Assembly: GCF_001194135.2 (NCBI RefSeq)
Contig: NC_068987.1
Coordinates: 83,968,174 to 84,005,063 of the forward strand
Length of the DNA stretch: 36,890 nt
Source: Octopus bimaculoides
Lineage: Eukaryota
Direction of reading: 5' to 3'
The number at the start of each line of letters is the position of its first letter. The stretch's first letter is position 1. Shown here one piece after another: positions 22,823 through 33,758 of this stretch. The notes beneath the pieces are model-generated. The model did not search any database. It saw nothing but the letters and a program-made list of their open reading frames with translations, and had not been told where the DNA came from. Position numbers and translations under genes: made by a program.

Positions 22823-23089
22823 TACATTATGTTTACTAAATTCTCATTATCCCCGCTGAACAACAAATACGTGAAACATCGAGGTTCTACGCTAAATGTA
22901 TGTAACTACACACAAGCTCTCACAGACTTACGACGAATTGGAAGTCTGAGACAAACTTTGAAATTTGAAACACATGTATCTCTTTAGTGAATGGAACCGT
23001 AAACAATAACATTCTTCTAAAGAATGAGATTACTAAATTCACGTGGAGGAACAGAATGATCAAGAATGTGTGAAGTGAGAAATCTATAC

Positions 23090-23480
23090 AATGTTTTCTT
23101 CTTCTTTTTCTTCTTCTTCTTCTTCTTCTTCTTCTTCTTCTTCTTCTTCTTCTTCTCCTTCTTCTCCTTCTTCTTCTTCTACTTCTTCTTCTTCTACTTC
23201 TTCTTCGTCTTCTTCTTCTTTTCAGTTTTCACATTCCTCTTTTTCTCCTCCTCCTACCCCTCTCCTTTTTCTTCTTTGACTTCTTTCTCTTCTTCCTCTT
23301 TCTCTTCTTCCTCTTTCCCTTCTTTCTTTTCTTTCTCTTTCTCTTTTCTTCCTATTCCTCTTCTGTCTCTTCCTCTTTCACTTCTTCCTCGTTCTCCTCT
23401 GTCTTTTCGTTCGCTTCTTCTTCTTCTTCTTCTTCTTCTTCTTCTTCTTCTTCTTCTTCTTCTTCTTCTTCTTCAACATA
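23090..23480 (+). repeat. (TTC)n/CT-rich polypyrimidine tract
   Basis: About 390 nt of almost only C and T on +. Confidence 0.97.
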
Positions 23481-23829
23481 TTTTACCTCCTCTTCCTGAT
23501 CCTCCTCTTCCTCCTCCACCACCACATCATTAGTTTCATTATTTTCCCCTCTTTCACCCCCATCCCTTCCTTCTGTGTTTTACTCTTTCCAATGTCTTAG
23601 TTTTTCTTCTGCATTCCATATTTTTTCTATTATTTTCATCCAAGAACATTACGCTCAGTTCTTGTGTTCTTCATTTCTTCTTCATCAATTCCTTACGCCG
23701 TATTATTTTCCATTTTTTTTTCTGTGTTTGTCTCTATTTTAATATTGTTTGCTTTTGTCTTTTACTCATCTTTTTTCTTTCTGTTGCCATTCCTGCTTTT
23801 TCATAATCTTTTATGAAACTTAACACCTC

Positions 23830-23858
23830 AACCGCCGCCGCCGCCGCCATCATCATCG

Positions 23859-23890
<32 letters not shown>

Positions 23891-24378
23891 GTCGTCGTCG
23901 TCGTCGTCATCATCACCGTCATCATCATCATCATCAGCTATAATCATGCTCATCATCACCGTCGTCATCATTATCATCCCCCCCCCTTCTGCCATCTCCT
24001 TCTCATCACCATCATCGTTGTCTTTGTCGGCATTCAACGCTATAATCCTATTATTCTTCCACTTTATCATTATCTCTTCCTCCTTCGTAATTGGCCTCGC
24101 CACAGTTGTCCTCACCACCACTACCACCACCACCACCACCACGATTATCATCATTGTCAACCATATTCGTCATCATCGTCAGTGTTGTCATCTTTGTCAT
24201 AATCAATCACCACCACCAACACCACACCACCACCACACCATCACCAGCACCACCACCAACACCACCAACAACACCACCATCAGCACCACCACCACCAGCA
24301 TCATCATCGTCATCATTATCATCACTATCTTCATCATCATCATCATCATCATCATCATCTTCATCTTCGTCATCATTT
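23830..24378 (+). repeat. Mosaic trinucleotide array (GCC/CAT/CGT/CAC)
   Basis: Seen directly; explains the poly-I/H/S/D/M ORFs. Confidence 0.95.
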
Positions 24379-24914
24379 TCGTTTTCAACACCTTTCATCT
24401 TTCATCGGTTTTGTATTTACAAAATCCGAAATGTTTATCACAACATAAGCTAATCCCATTTTCCCAAACATCGGTAAATTGCCAAAAACACTTTCCTTTC
24501 TCAGTCCCAGATGACACGTTCGGATTGTAAATTATATTATTGTGCCAACCACTTTATACAATTCCAATTTTAAAGTTCCACATGGAATAAATTCAGTATG
24601 AAATGAAAGGGATCAACAATAATCGACTGCGAACGGATTCGAAGTAGATAACCATAAGGCACCAAATTGTTGAAGAAACATAAATTTGTTACATAGACCG
24701 CTCCATCACAATTCAGACTAGAAATATACTTTTATAAAAAATGTGATTTCTGAAATAGCGTAAAGAAAATTATTAATCAAGATGGAGTTTCGTAACGGTT
24801 GTGTTTCTGGTGTATGTGTATCTCATAGCCAACAGGGACTTAAAGATAATAGGATTTTTATTATAACAACAAATCTGCACTTTTTTTTTTATTTGCAGAA
24901 AAGAGTATTGTCAA

Positions 24915-25346
24915 TTCTTTTCTACTCAAGGCACTAGGCCCGAAATGTTTTGGGGAGTGGGGGTCAGTCGTTTAAATCGACTCCAGTACGCAACTGGTAC
25001 TTAATTTATCGACCCCAAAAGGATGAAAGGCAGAGTGAACCTTGGCTGAATTTGAACTCAGAAAGTATGGCAGACGAAATACCGCTAAGCATTTCGTTCG
25101 GCGTTCTAACGTTTCCTATTTCTTTATTGCCCACAAGGGGCTAAACATAGAGGGGACAAACAAGGACAGACAAAGGGATTAAGTCGATTACATCGACCCC
25201 AGAGCGTAACTGTTACTTAATTTTTCGACCCCAAAAGGATGAAAGGCAAAATCGATTTTGGCTGAATTTGAACTCAGAACGAATGATAGACGGAATACTG
25301 CTAAGCACTTCGCCCGGCGTGCAAACGTTTCTGCCAGCTCGCCGCC
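24915..25346 (-). mobile_element. SINE family M dimer (tail-A unit 25346-25115 joined to headless tail-B unit 25114-24915)
   Basis: Minus-strand junction ...GGGCAATAAAGAAATAGG|AAACGTTAGAACGCC, at the same position as 8180/8181. Confidence 0.9.
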
Positions 25347-25440
25347 TTCAACAATTCTTNNNNNNNNNNGATAGACGGAATACTGCTAAGCACTTCGCCC
25401 GGCGTGCAAACGTTTCTGCCAGCTCGCCGCCTTCAACAAT

Positions 25441-25657
25441 TCTTTTCTATAATAGGCACAAGGCCCGACATTTTTGGGAAGTTGGGGGGGTCAATCGATT
25501 AGATCGACCCAGTACGCAACTGATACTTAATCTATCGACCCCGAAAGGATGAAACGCAAAGTCGAACTCAGCGGAATTTGAATTCAGAATGTAAAGACAG
25601 ACGAAATACCGCTAAGCGTTTCGCTTGGCGTGCTAACGTTTCTGCCAGCTAGCTGCC
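25441..25657 (-). mobile_element. SINE family M (tail B)
   Basis: Head, central domain and tail B present. Confidence 0.9.
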
Positions 25658-25979
25658 TAAGAGCATTGTCAATTAAATAAACCCAGTAGTTAATTGGTAC
25701 TCTTTTTTTTTTTTTTGAAAGCCAATGGGTGAAAAGCAGCGAACTGCATTTAGAATGTGAAGGGTCGTAACAAAGAACCTTAATACATCTTGTCAAACTG
25801 ATTAAAGATTATGATAATCAACCATCCGCAAATATGTATAATTTAACAAGAAATCGTATTTGATCTATAGTTTCATTCATTAGGGCATTACTGTTTATTT
25901 TTCGGCGTTTTCTCAATTTTTTTATGAATACTGGTTTGGTTTAAATAGCTTAAATTTAATCAAGAAGTCTACATCAGTG

Positions 25980-25980
<1 letters not shown>

Positions 25981-26032
<52 letters not shown>
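25981..26032 (+). repeat. (TAA)n with no recognisable Dong element
   Basis: Seen directly. Confidence 0.97.
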
Positions 26033-26034
<2 letters not shown>

Positions 26035-26899
26035 TATGCTAAAATTTTCCAGGAACTAATGATGTAATAAAATAGAGAAATACGAAGTAAGTAATTTTGC
26101 GTTGTAAAACAAGCGACATCTCAACGTTTTGGGTAATAGCCCTTCATAGAGAACAGATACTAAAACAAGCACTTCGCGAAAATAGTGCTCTCTGTGATGA
26201 CCCCGGCTGACCTACAATCCGAAACTTTGAACTTGTCTCTATTTATTTGTTTACATTGTAATATATTTTTTCTTTGAACCCCTGAATATTTGTTTCGTTA
26301 AATTCAAATTACGATGAACATAAACAAAGAAACGAAGTTTGCTTTTAGAAGCTCTTAGAAAGTTAAAGAAGTGATTTTAAATTCTCAAACCCAGGATAAA
26401 GCTAATAATATAGCCCGAACAGGATAAGCCACCCCTATTTTGCAGAGAAAAGTGTTGGCGGTCAGCTATGAGACACGAATTCACACCTCCGTGATTACGC
26501 GTCACGCGTCCTGAAACTCAATTTAGAATACATTGTTTCGCATTCATTTTATTGAAATATGTGTTACAAAAATAATAAAATATTATTGAGAAGTCAGCTA
26601 AGAGACCCTCTCCTTGGTTGCTCTTTTTGAAATAGCAATTAAATCTGTTCCAAAACACACATTTCCGTTTAGAATGCCTTTGACTATAAGCTTCTTCAGT
26701 AATTAACTTATACTTGTCTCTTAAATACACAAACCTACAATGTATAATGTAAATGAAGGTGTAGTGATAGTTGGGATGGCCATGGTTGGCATAATAGGTC
26801 TGTTCAGTCAGGGTTAAACTGAAATTAAACAGCAACAAAAATTAATAAATAATTTTAATACCAAACTCATTATTACAGAAAATGAAACAATTCACGAAG

Positions 26900-27049
26900 T
26901 TTTCTTTTCTACTCAAGGCACAAGAACCGAAATTTTGCGGGAGAGGGAGCCAGTCGATTAGATCGACTCCAGCACGTAATTGGTACTTAATTTATCGATC
27001 CTAAAAGGATAAAAGGCAAAGTCGACCTCGGCGGAAATTGAACTCAGAC
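26900..27049 (-). mobile_element. SINE family M (tail B), 5'-truncated
   Basis: Central domain and tail B; stops at the B box. Confidence 0.88.
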
Positions 27050-27859
27050 TAATGTTTTCTGCAATATGACTCTGAATGGGTTTTTGTTTTTATACATACA
27101 CAATTCTAAAGATTATCAAAAGAAGTTAAAAGCAACAGACTACAAGAGGAATTTTCGGTTATCAAATTCCTAGAGAATATGAAGTCATATGAGCAACCTC
27201 GTGCTGCGCGTGCATTCAAACATGTCTTTCTTTAGCTTGGTGGTCAGCACTGAACGATGAAACAAACAATCAAAGTCATCACAGCTGTGTTCATATCATA
27301 TTCATTCAAGCATTGTGTAACATGAGCCGCTGTGTCTAATATGTCCACTTTGTAAGACGCTGTGATGTAATTTGATTTTTATTACTTGCCATTTCCAGGT
27401 GTTATACTTAATTTATCAGCTCAATTTAACGCCACCACGCCTTTGGTTTTCTGTAGCGGACACCAGACGATTTCAACTATTCAGAAAAGATTGCTGATTT
27501 CTCGTTCTTATCGATGTTTAACCTAACGTCGGAGATTATGTTAAGAGCCATAGGCGTTATTCGTCTTCTTGTGACTTAGCGACATGTTTACAAAAAGATT
27601 CGATCGGAGCTTGCGAACTCCATCCTGTGCAAACGTAAAGGTTCCCGCAAATCTGTCGAGATGATGCAATTTTTAAAATGCAAACTAGCGGAATGTACAT
27701 TTCAAAAGGGGAAAAAAAGGACAAAAAATCTGTTTCAATTTAGCAGTAAACAAATGAGGAATTCATGCATAAAAGTTACAACACAGAATAAAGAACGAAA
27801 CAAAAAAAAACGCATTAAAATGGGTATTGAAACACACATACCACAAGCGCGTGCATGTG

Positions 27860-27862
27860 CTC

Positions 27863-27897
<35 letters not shown>

Positions 27898-28011
27898 CAT
27901 ATACACATGTATGTGTGTATATCTATATATTTGTCTATCTATCTATCTATTTATGTATCTATCTCTCTATCTATCTATTTATCTATCTATCATTCTACCT
28001 CTGTTACTCTT

Positions 28012-28085
<74 letters not shown>

Positions 28086-28256
28086 NNNNNNNNNNNNNNN
28101 NNNNNNNNNNNNNNNNNNNNNNNNNNNNNNNNNNNNNNNNNNNNNNNNNNNNNNNNNNNNNNNNNNNNNNNNNNNNNNNNNNNNNNNNNNNNNNNNNNNN
28201 NNNNNNNNNNNNNNNNNNNNNNNNNNNNNNNNNNNNNNNNNNNNNNNNNNNNNNNN

Positions 28257-28315
<59 letters not shown>

Positions 28316-28490
28316 TCACACACACACATCAATATATATATACACACACACGCATCCATATTTATACACACATCCATATATATATACACACATCCATATA
28401 TATATACACACACATCCATATATATACACACACATCCATATATACACACACACACATAGACACACACATACACGCGTACACACGCACACA
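27860..28490. repeat. Compound microsatellites with gap, plus an about 20-bp minisatellite (CATCCATATATATATACACA-like, about 5 units, 28353-28450)
   Basis: Seen directly. Confidence 0.92.
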
Positions 28491-29134
28491 TGCCGATTAA
28501 TACAACATCCATTTGATAATAAATCAATCTGAAATAATTTCAGATATAATTGGTTTAACAAATTCCATTTAGCTCTATAGAGCACATTATCCTATGCAAC
28601 AAAACTCCACAAACCATATATCAGAAACTGCTCGTTTATAAGGCAAACAATCACACTAAAACATTGCCTGAAAAACTACAGAAAAACTAATAACAATATC
28701 ACAACCATCCCTAATCTATTACACAACTCGTTTACACTCACCCACTTCAGTTCTTACAAAATCTGTTGAAGAGAATCTCATTTGTGTTGTCCGTCTATAT
28801 GTTCATCCATCCGATCAAAACCACGATAATATTTACTCCGTTTGAACTCCTCAACTATGAAGATAGCTAACATATGTAATGCGCGACATCCTTTCTTATG
28901 CTTATCAGTTGAACTGGAAAAGGAATACGAATAGCTTGGCGTTATATATTGATCAGGATTATTTCCAGGCGTTTATTTCAACATCTCCCACACGCGCACT
29001 CGCTCAAAGACACCCACTTACACACACACATAAACACACACACACACACGTATACAAAACACTCAAACACACATAGGCCTATACATGCATACACTTACAT
29101 GCATATATCCATACATCTATAAACATCATATATA

Positions 29135-29173
<39 letters not shown>

Positions 29174-29411
29174 GNNNNNNNNNNNNNNNNNNNNNNNNNN
29201 NNNNNNNNNNNNNNNNNNNNNNNNNNNNNNNNNNNNNNNNNNNNNNNNNNNNNNNNNNNNNNNNNNNNNNNNNNNNNNNNNNNNNNNNNNNNNNNNNNNN
29301 NNNNNNNNNNNNNNNNNNNNNNNNNNNNNNNNNNNNNNNNNNNNNNNNNNNNNNNNNNNNNNNNNNNNNNNNNNNNNNNNNNNNNNNNNNNNNNNNNNNN
29401 NNNNNNNNNNN

Positions 29412-29459
<48 letters not shown>

Positions 29460-29814
29460 CACACACATGTAGATTTATTTATTTATGTGTTTCAGCCAAG
29501 TGGCTGCGGTCATGCTGGTGCACCATGACGTATATAAATAACGGATGTGTTACATGTATGCACTACATACATGCAAACACAGATATAGAAGTCACTCATA
29601 CATACGTGACGAGTAAATATATTTGATAATGTACACACATGTTCTACGCTGATATCCAATATGAATATTAATCTGACAAAAGCCAAGTCCAATTTCATTA
29701 AATCTGAATGCAAGAGAAACTCTATATATAACAATGTATGGATCTAAAAGAAGTTTTGACCAGCTATATATGCACATGAATGACACTTTCCATATTTCAT
29801 TGAAATTTCATATT

Positions 29815-30263
29815 CTTTTCTCTTCTACTCTAGGTACAAGGCTTGAAATTTTGGGGGGAGGGTGCCAGTCGATTAGATCGACTTCAGTACGCAACTGGTA
29901 CTTAATATATCGACCCTGAAAAGATGAAAGGCAAAGTTGACCTCGGCGGAATTTGAACTCAGAACGTAAAGACAGACGAAATACCGCTAAGCATTTCGCC
30001 CGGCGTGTTAACGTTTCTGCCACCTCACCGGCTTATTAAAATTTCATATTCTTTTCTACTCTAGGCACAAGGCCTGAAATTTTTGGGAAGGTGTCCAGTC
30101 AATTAGATCGACCCCAGTAAGCAATTGGTACTTAATTTATCGATCCCGAAAAGATGAAAGGCAAAGTCGACCTCGGCGGAATTTGAACTCAGAACGTAAA
30201 ACAGACGAAATACCACTAAGCATTTCGTCCGACGTGTTAACGTTTCTGCCAGCTCGCCGCTAA
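29815..30263 (-). mobile_element. Two tandem family M (tail B) SINEs separated and flanked by a 15-bp direct repeat
   Basis: TT(G/A)AAATTTCATATT at 29800-29814, 30036-30050 and 30264-30278. Confidence 0.93.
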
Positions 30264-30386
30264 TTGAAATTTCATATTGCACACGTTAAGATTTTTCTGA
30301 TAAACTCTCAGACCCAACACGTATAACTTCAATCGTAATTCTCAACACTTTATGTAAAAATCATACTATAAATATTGGATTCACAT

Positions 30387-30561
30387 TTTGGGAAGGGACT
30401 AGTCATTTACATCGGCCCAGTTTTCAACTGGTACCTATTTTATTAATACCGAAAGGATAAAGACAGCCTCGTCAGAATTTGAACGCATATCGTATAAACG
30501 GACGAAATGCCTCGAAGCATTGTTACCCGGCGTGCTATCGGTTTTGCCAGCTCACCGCCTT
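30387..30561 (-). mobile_element. Old family M SINE
   Basis: Diverged head and central domain. Other decayed copies lie near 2260-2400 (-), 5990-6150 (-), 6988-7060 (+) and 31053-31250 (+). Confidence 0.75.
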
Positions 30562-32258
30562 TAAGTTATAGTGTAGATATATTAAAATGTATACTTTATG
30601 ATTATTTATTATTCATATCTGATGTTTCAACTGGTTAATTAATAAAATCCTAAAGAATATTTTGATGTTCTGTTAATCTAAAATATGTCGCTGTAGTTGC
30701 TGTCTAGACCGTGATAACCATGATAAGCCCTAATTCATCTGTCTTATAATCTAAATCTTCACAAGCAGCATACATACCATTTTCATTCAGCAATTGTGTA
30801 CCTGTCAATGGTTCCAGACGATCCTACCTCGCGACAGGAAACACAGATGAGGGAAGCGGCATTGATCAAATGCCACATGTCGGAGGAGGTTTCAAATAAC
30901 GGTGTAGCCCAGTCAACGGTGGTGCCTCAACATGACCGCTGCTTTAAAGCTGAAACATTTTAAAGAAAAAGAAATGAAAGAATTATAAATGTATACGGCG
31001 ATTGACATTTCTCGCCATTGTAATATTCATTCTGCCTACTTGTAAATTTTGCGGCGAACTGGAAAAGTCACCAACATTTGGGACAAAATGCTTAGCGGCA
31101 TTTATTCCATCTTAACACACTAAGTTCAAATTTCACCGAGATCTACTATACCTTACACCTTTTCACAGTCGGTTAAATAAAGCACCAGTCAAACACTGGG
31201 GGTCAATGCAATCGATTAGCCGACCCCCACTAAATTTTCAGGTCTTCTGCGGATACCTATACCCTCTTTTTTTTAGTCTCTTTATTGCGTTTATTCTCTC
31301 TACTCATTTTTTTTTTCCTCTACCACAATCTCTTTAAATCTTTATTTCTTTTTCCCCCTCTTGCCGATTCTTTTTCTCCACCATCACAGTCATCACCATA
31401 TTGTTTAAAATACTAGCTATTTGTTCTCTTCGACTGCTGTGCAAATCCATCGTTTTCTTCTTCTTACCAAACCGCCAACTTTTTTTTTTTTCGAGATACT
31501 AAGAGATTTAATCCTCGATACCCATTCCTGTCTGTTAACTTGAAATCAAATCTGCCAACATTTCTCAGTGGAAAAAAAGAAAAAAGAAACGAAAACTCAA
31601 TATAAAATACGAAATGAACAAAATAACGATAAAAAAAGGTTAAAGCAAAAATCAAAAGCAAATGGACAAACATTTTCTCTTGTGAAAAGCAGCTTTTAAT
31701 TCTATATTACCATTCTTCTTCCTAAGATGTCAAATGTTATTAAAATCTGTTTCACTGATGCGTGAAGGTCATGCAAATTATCTACACGTAGTTTCTTATC
31801 TAGTTCTTGAAAGTATTTGATTGCATTTTTCGGTAATTTTATTCTCAGACTAAATTTCTATAGCACTGAAAAAGAAAAAAATGTTAAGGAAGAGAGTTTT
31901 ACTGTTCACTTCCACTACAGTGGTTCTTAGGGAGCAAACGATATACATAATGATGACTGGTCTATTTAGAACAATTTTAACACTCCTAACTTATACACTT
32001 ATAGCTTGTCTTACTTAATATTGATATACTGGCAGTGAGTCTAGATAAACAAGCCTAAAATGTACTAGATTCCTTCTTTTTTTTTTAATTTGCCAGTAAT
32101 TTCAGAGTTCAAATTCTCCTAGTACCAAAGTTTGCCTTTTATGGTTTATGAAAGACATATTTAGTTGATTATTCGAATTCCTGTCTACAACACTGGCCAA
32201 AAAGATATTTATTTCTCTTTTGTAGTATTTGTTGTAGGGGTTGTTTAGCCCGGATTAA

Positions 32259-33118
32259 GGATCTAGTCGGTTTGGCTGCCAGCATCAGTTCTGCTCGAAT
32301 GTAATGATACATTTTTATTGGCTAATGAATGACATGAAAATCATTTTCGCCATAAATCAATAAATAAAAAAGTTATTAGTAATTTTATTTTGAAAATTTT
32401 GGAAATTTTAGCCATCATAAGGCATAGACACATTCATGCTTGTTTCCATAATAACAAGCGGATCTGAGAACTCTTTTATCTGCGAGAAAGCACGTGTTGA
32501 CAAATTCGATGCTGCGTGTTGGAAATTTTACTGTTTGATTATGGCAGCAAGCTTTTGTAAGCTTGTGCCCCTCCTCTTAGGACTGTAGTGCTATTCCTTT
32601 ACTCATGGGTTAAGGAATTGACTTCAGTCCGGTTTTGTATTGAAGAACTGGGGATGAACCGTAGCACAGCCATTGATTATAACAACTATGTTAGAGAAAT
32701 ATGTACAGATGACTTGCTCCGTTATCCAATTCATGTTGGTGATCCCGGGAAGATCGTTGAGATCGACGAAACAGTCTTCCCAAGACGTAAGTACAACTGA
32801 AGAGTGGTCTTACCTGAGCAGTGAGTTTTCAGAGGAATGTATTGTGGAACCAGACAGGTTTTTCTGTATGCGGTGCCATGTCGGAATCGTGAAACACTAG
32901 AAGTATGCTTACGTCACTCGATTCTTCCAGGAACCACAATTTTCAGCGATTTGTGGAGGGCGTACTCTCACATTCCTAAAATTGATGATTACAATTTTGG
33001 GCATAGAATGGTGAACCATAACGTTAGGTTTGTTAACCCGAACAATGGTACCCCCACTTGACAAATGGAGAGATAAACTTTCATTTTTGAAATGCTGGCA
33101 ACCAAACCAACTAGATCC
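32259..33118 (+). mobile_element. Merlin (IS1016-like) DNA transposon, TIR to TIR, 860 bp, defective
   Basis: 27-bp TIRs GGATCTAGT(C/T)GGTTTGG(C/T)TGCCAGCAT (25/27 match) at 32259-32285 and 33092-33118; perfect 8-bp TSD CGGATTAA at 32251-32258 and 33119-33126. Confidence 0.95.
32561..33075 (+). pseudogene. Merlin/ISXO2-type DDE transposase pseudogene
   Basis: Single frame 32588-33061 with in-frame stops: ...VGDPGKIVEIDETVFPRRKYN*RVVLPEQ*VFRG...ILPGTTIFSDLWRAY...HRMVNHNVRFVNPNNGTPT*. The motifs VEIDE, RKY, WVFG, GTTI.SD.W.AY and VNH are characteristic of the IS1595/Merlin family. Confidence 0.93.
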
Positions 33119-33758
33119 CGGATTAAACCTAATCAAACAGATTTATAACCAAAACTATTGAATTTATGTTAAGGCTTTTCCTTCATACAAGACTAGATTA
33201 CATCTTTAGTTGTGTTTGATTTTAAAGTATTTCACTCGGCGAGGATGGACACGTGAGGGTAACCTGCTCATGAATGTAATGATCAAATAAGTCGGATCAA
33301 AAATACAAGCGGCCAAAATTGTATTCCTCTGAAGGATAACTGGAATAATGTTGCTGGAGTGGGTATAGAGCCAGGAGATCAGAAATTCTTTCCAGGTCGA
33401 GCCGTTTCATTTTCGCATTCAGAGGTCCTAACTCCGGTATCAAGAACATGTAGGTAGAAAGCTAAAATCACAAACGGAGTCTTTAATCCAATCCAGCTGG
33501 CACGAGACCCAGGGACCGAGGAACCAAGAACGAGAAGGTGGGATAATTTCCTGCGTCTCGTTTGTTCATGCTTGGGAATCCATTTGGAAAGTGTAATAAC
33601 GACTACTACTGATTGGATGCTATGGAAGAAGTGCCTAAGGACTTTACACCCACTACTCTCCTAGGAATAGTGGTTGGAGAACATGGATGGATGGTTGGAT
33701 GTTATTCGGTCGAGAAATTATATGGATTCACTACCTGCGCTCTTGCTGATGTTGTTGA

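Noticed and set aside
23066-24530. Poly-F/S/L/I/H/D ORFs
   Set aside because: Translations of trinucleotide arrays with no domain structure or splice support.
25285-25444. Exact 75-bp direct repeat (25285-25359 and 25370-25444)
   Set aside because: Identical copies on either side of a 10-N gap indicate an unmerged contig overlap, an assembly artefact.
26455-26512. CpG-rich patch with tandem ACGCGT motifs as a promoter element
   Set aside because: Short motifs with no linked transcription start or gene evidence.
5500-28790. Phase-compatible chain of minus-strand mini-exons (about 28742-28781, 27585-27645, 26735-26818, 10899-10954, 8668-8873)
   Set aside because: Assembled post hoc from many possible AG/GT sites, and the product resembles no known protein.
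28353-30278. Direct-repeat arrays as CRISPR-like structures
   Set aside because: Eukaryotic context, no unique spacers and no cas genes; explained by a minisatellite and SINE TSDs.
7710-31250. A/B-box-containing heads as tRNA genes
   Set aside because: They continue into SINE bodies and tails, with no complete cloverleaf evident.
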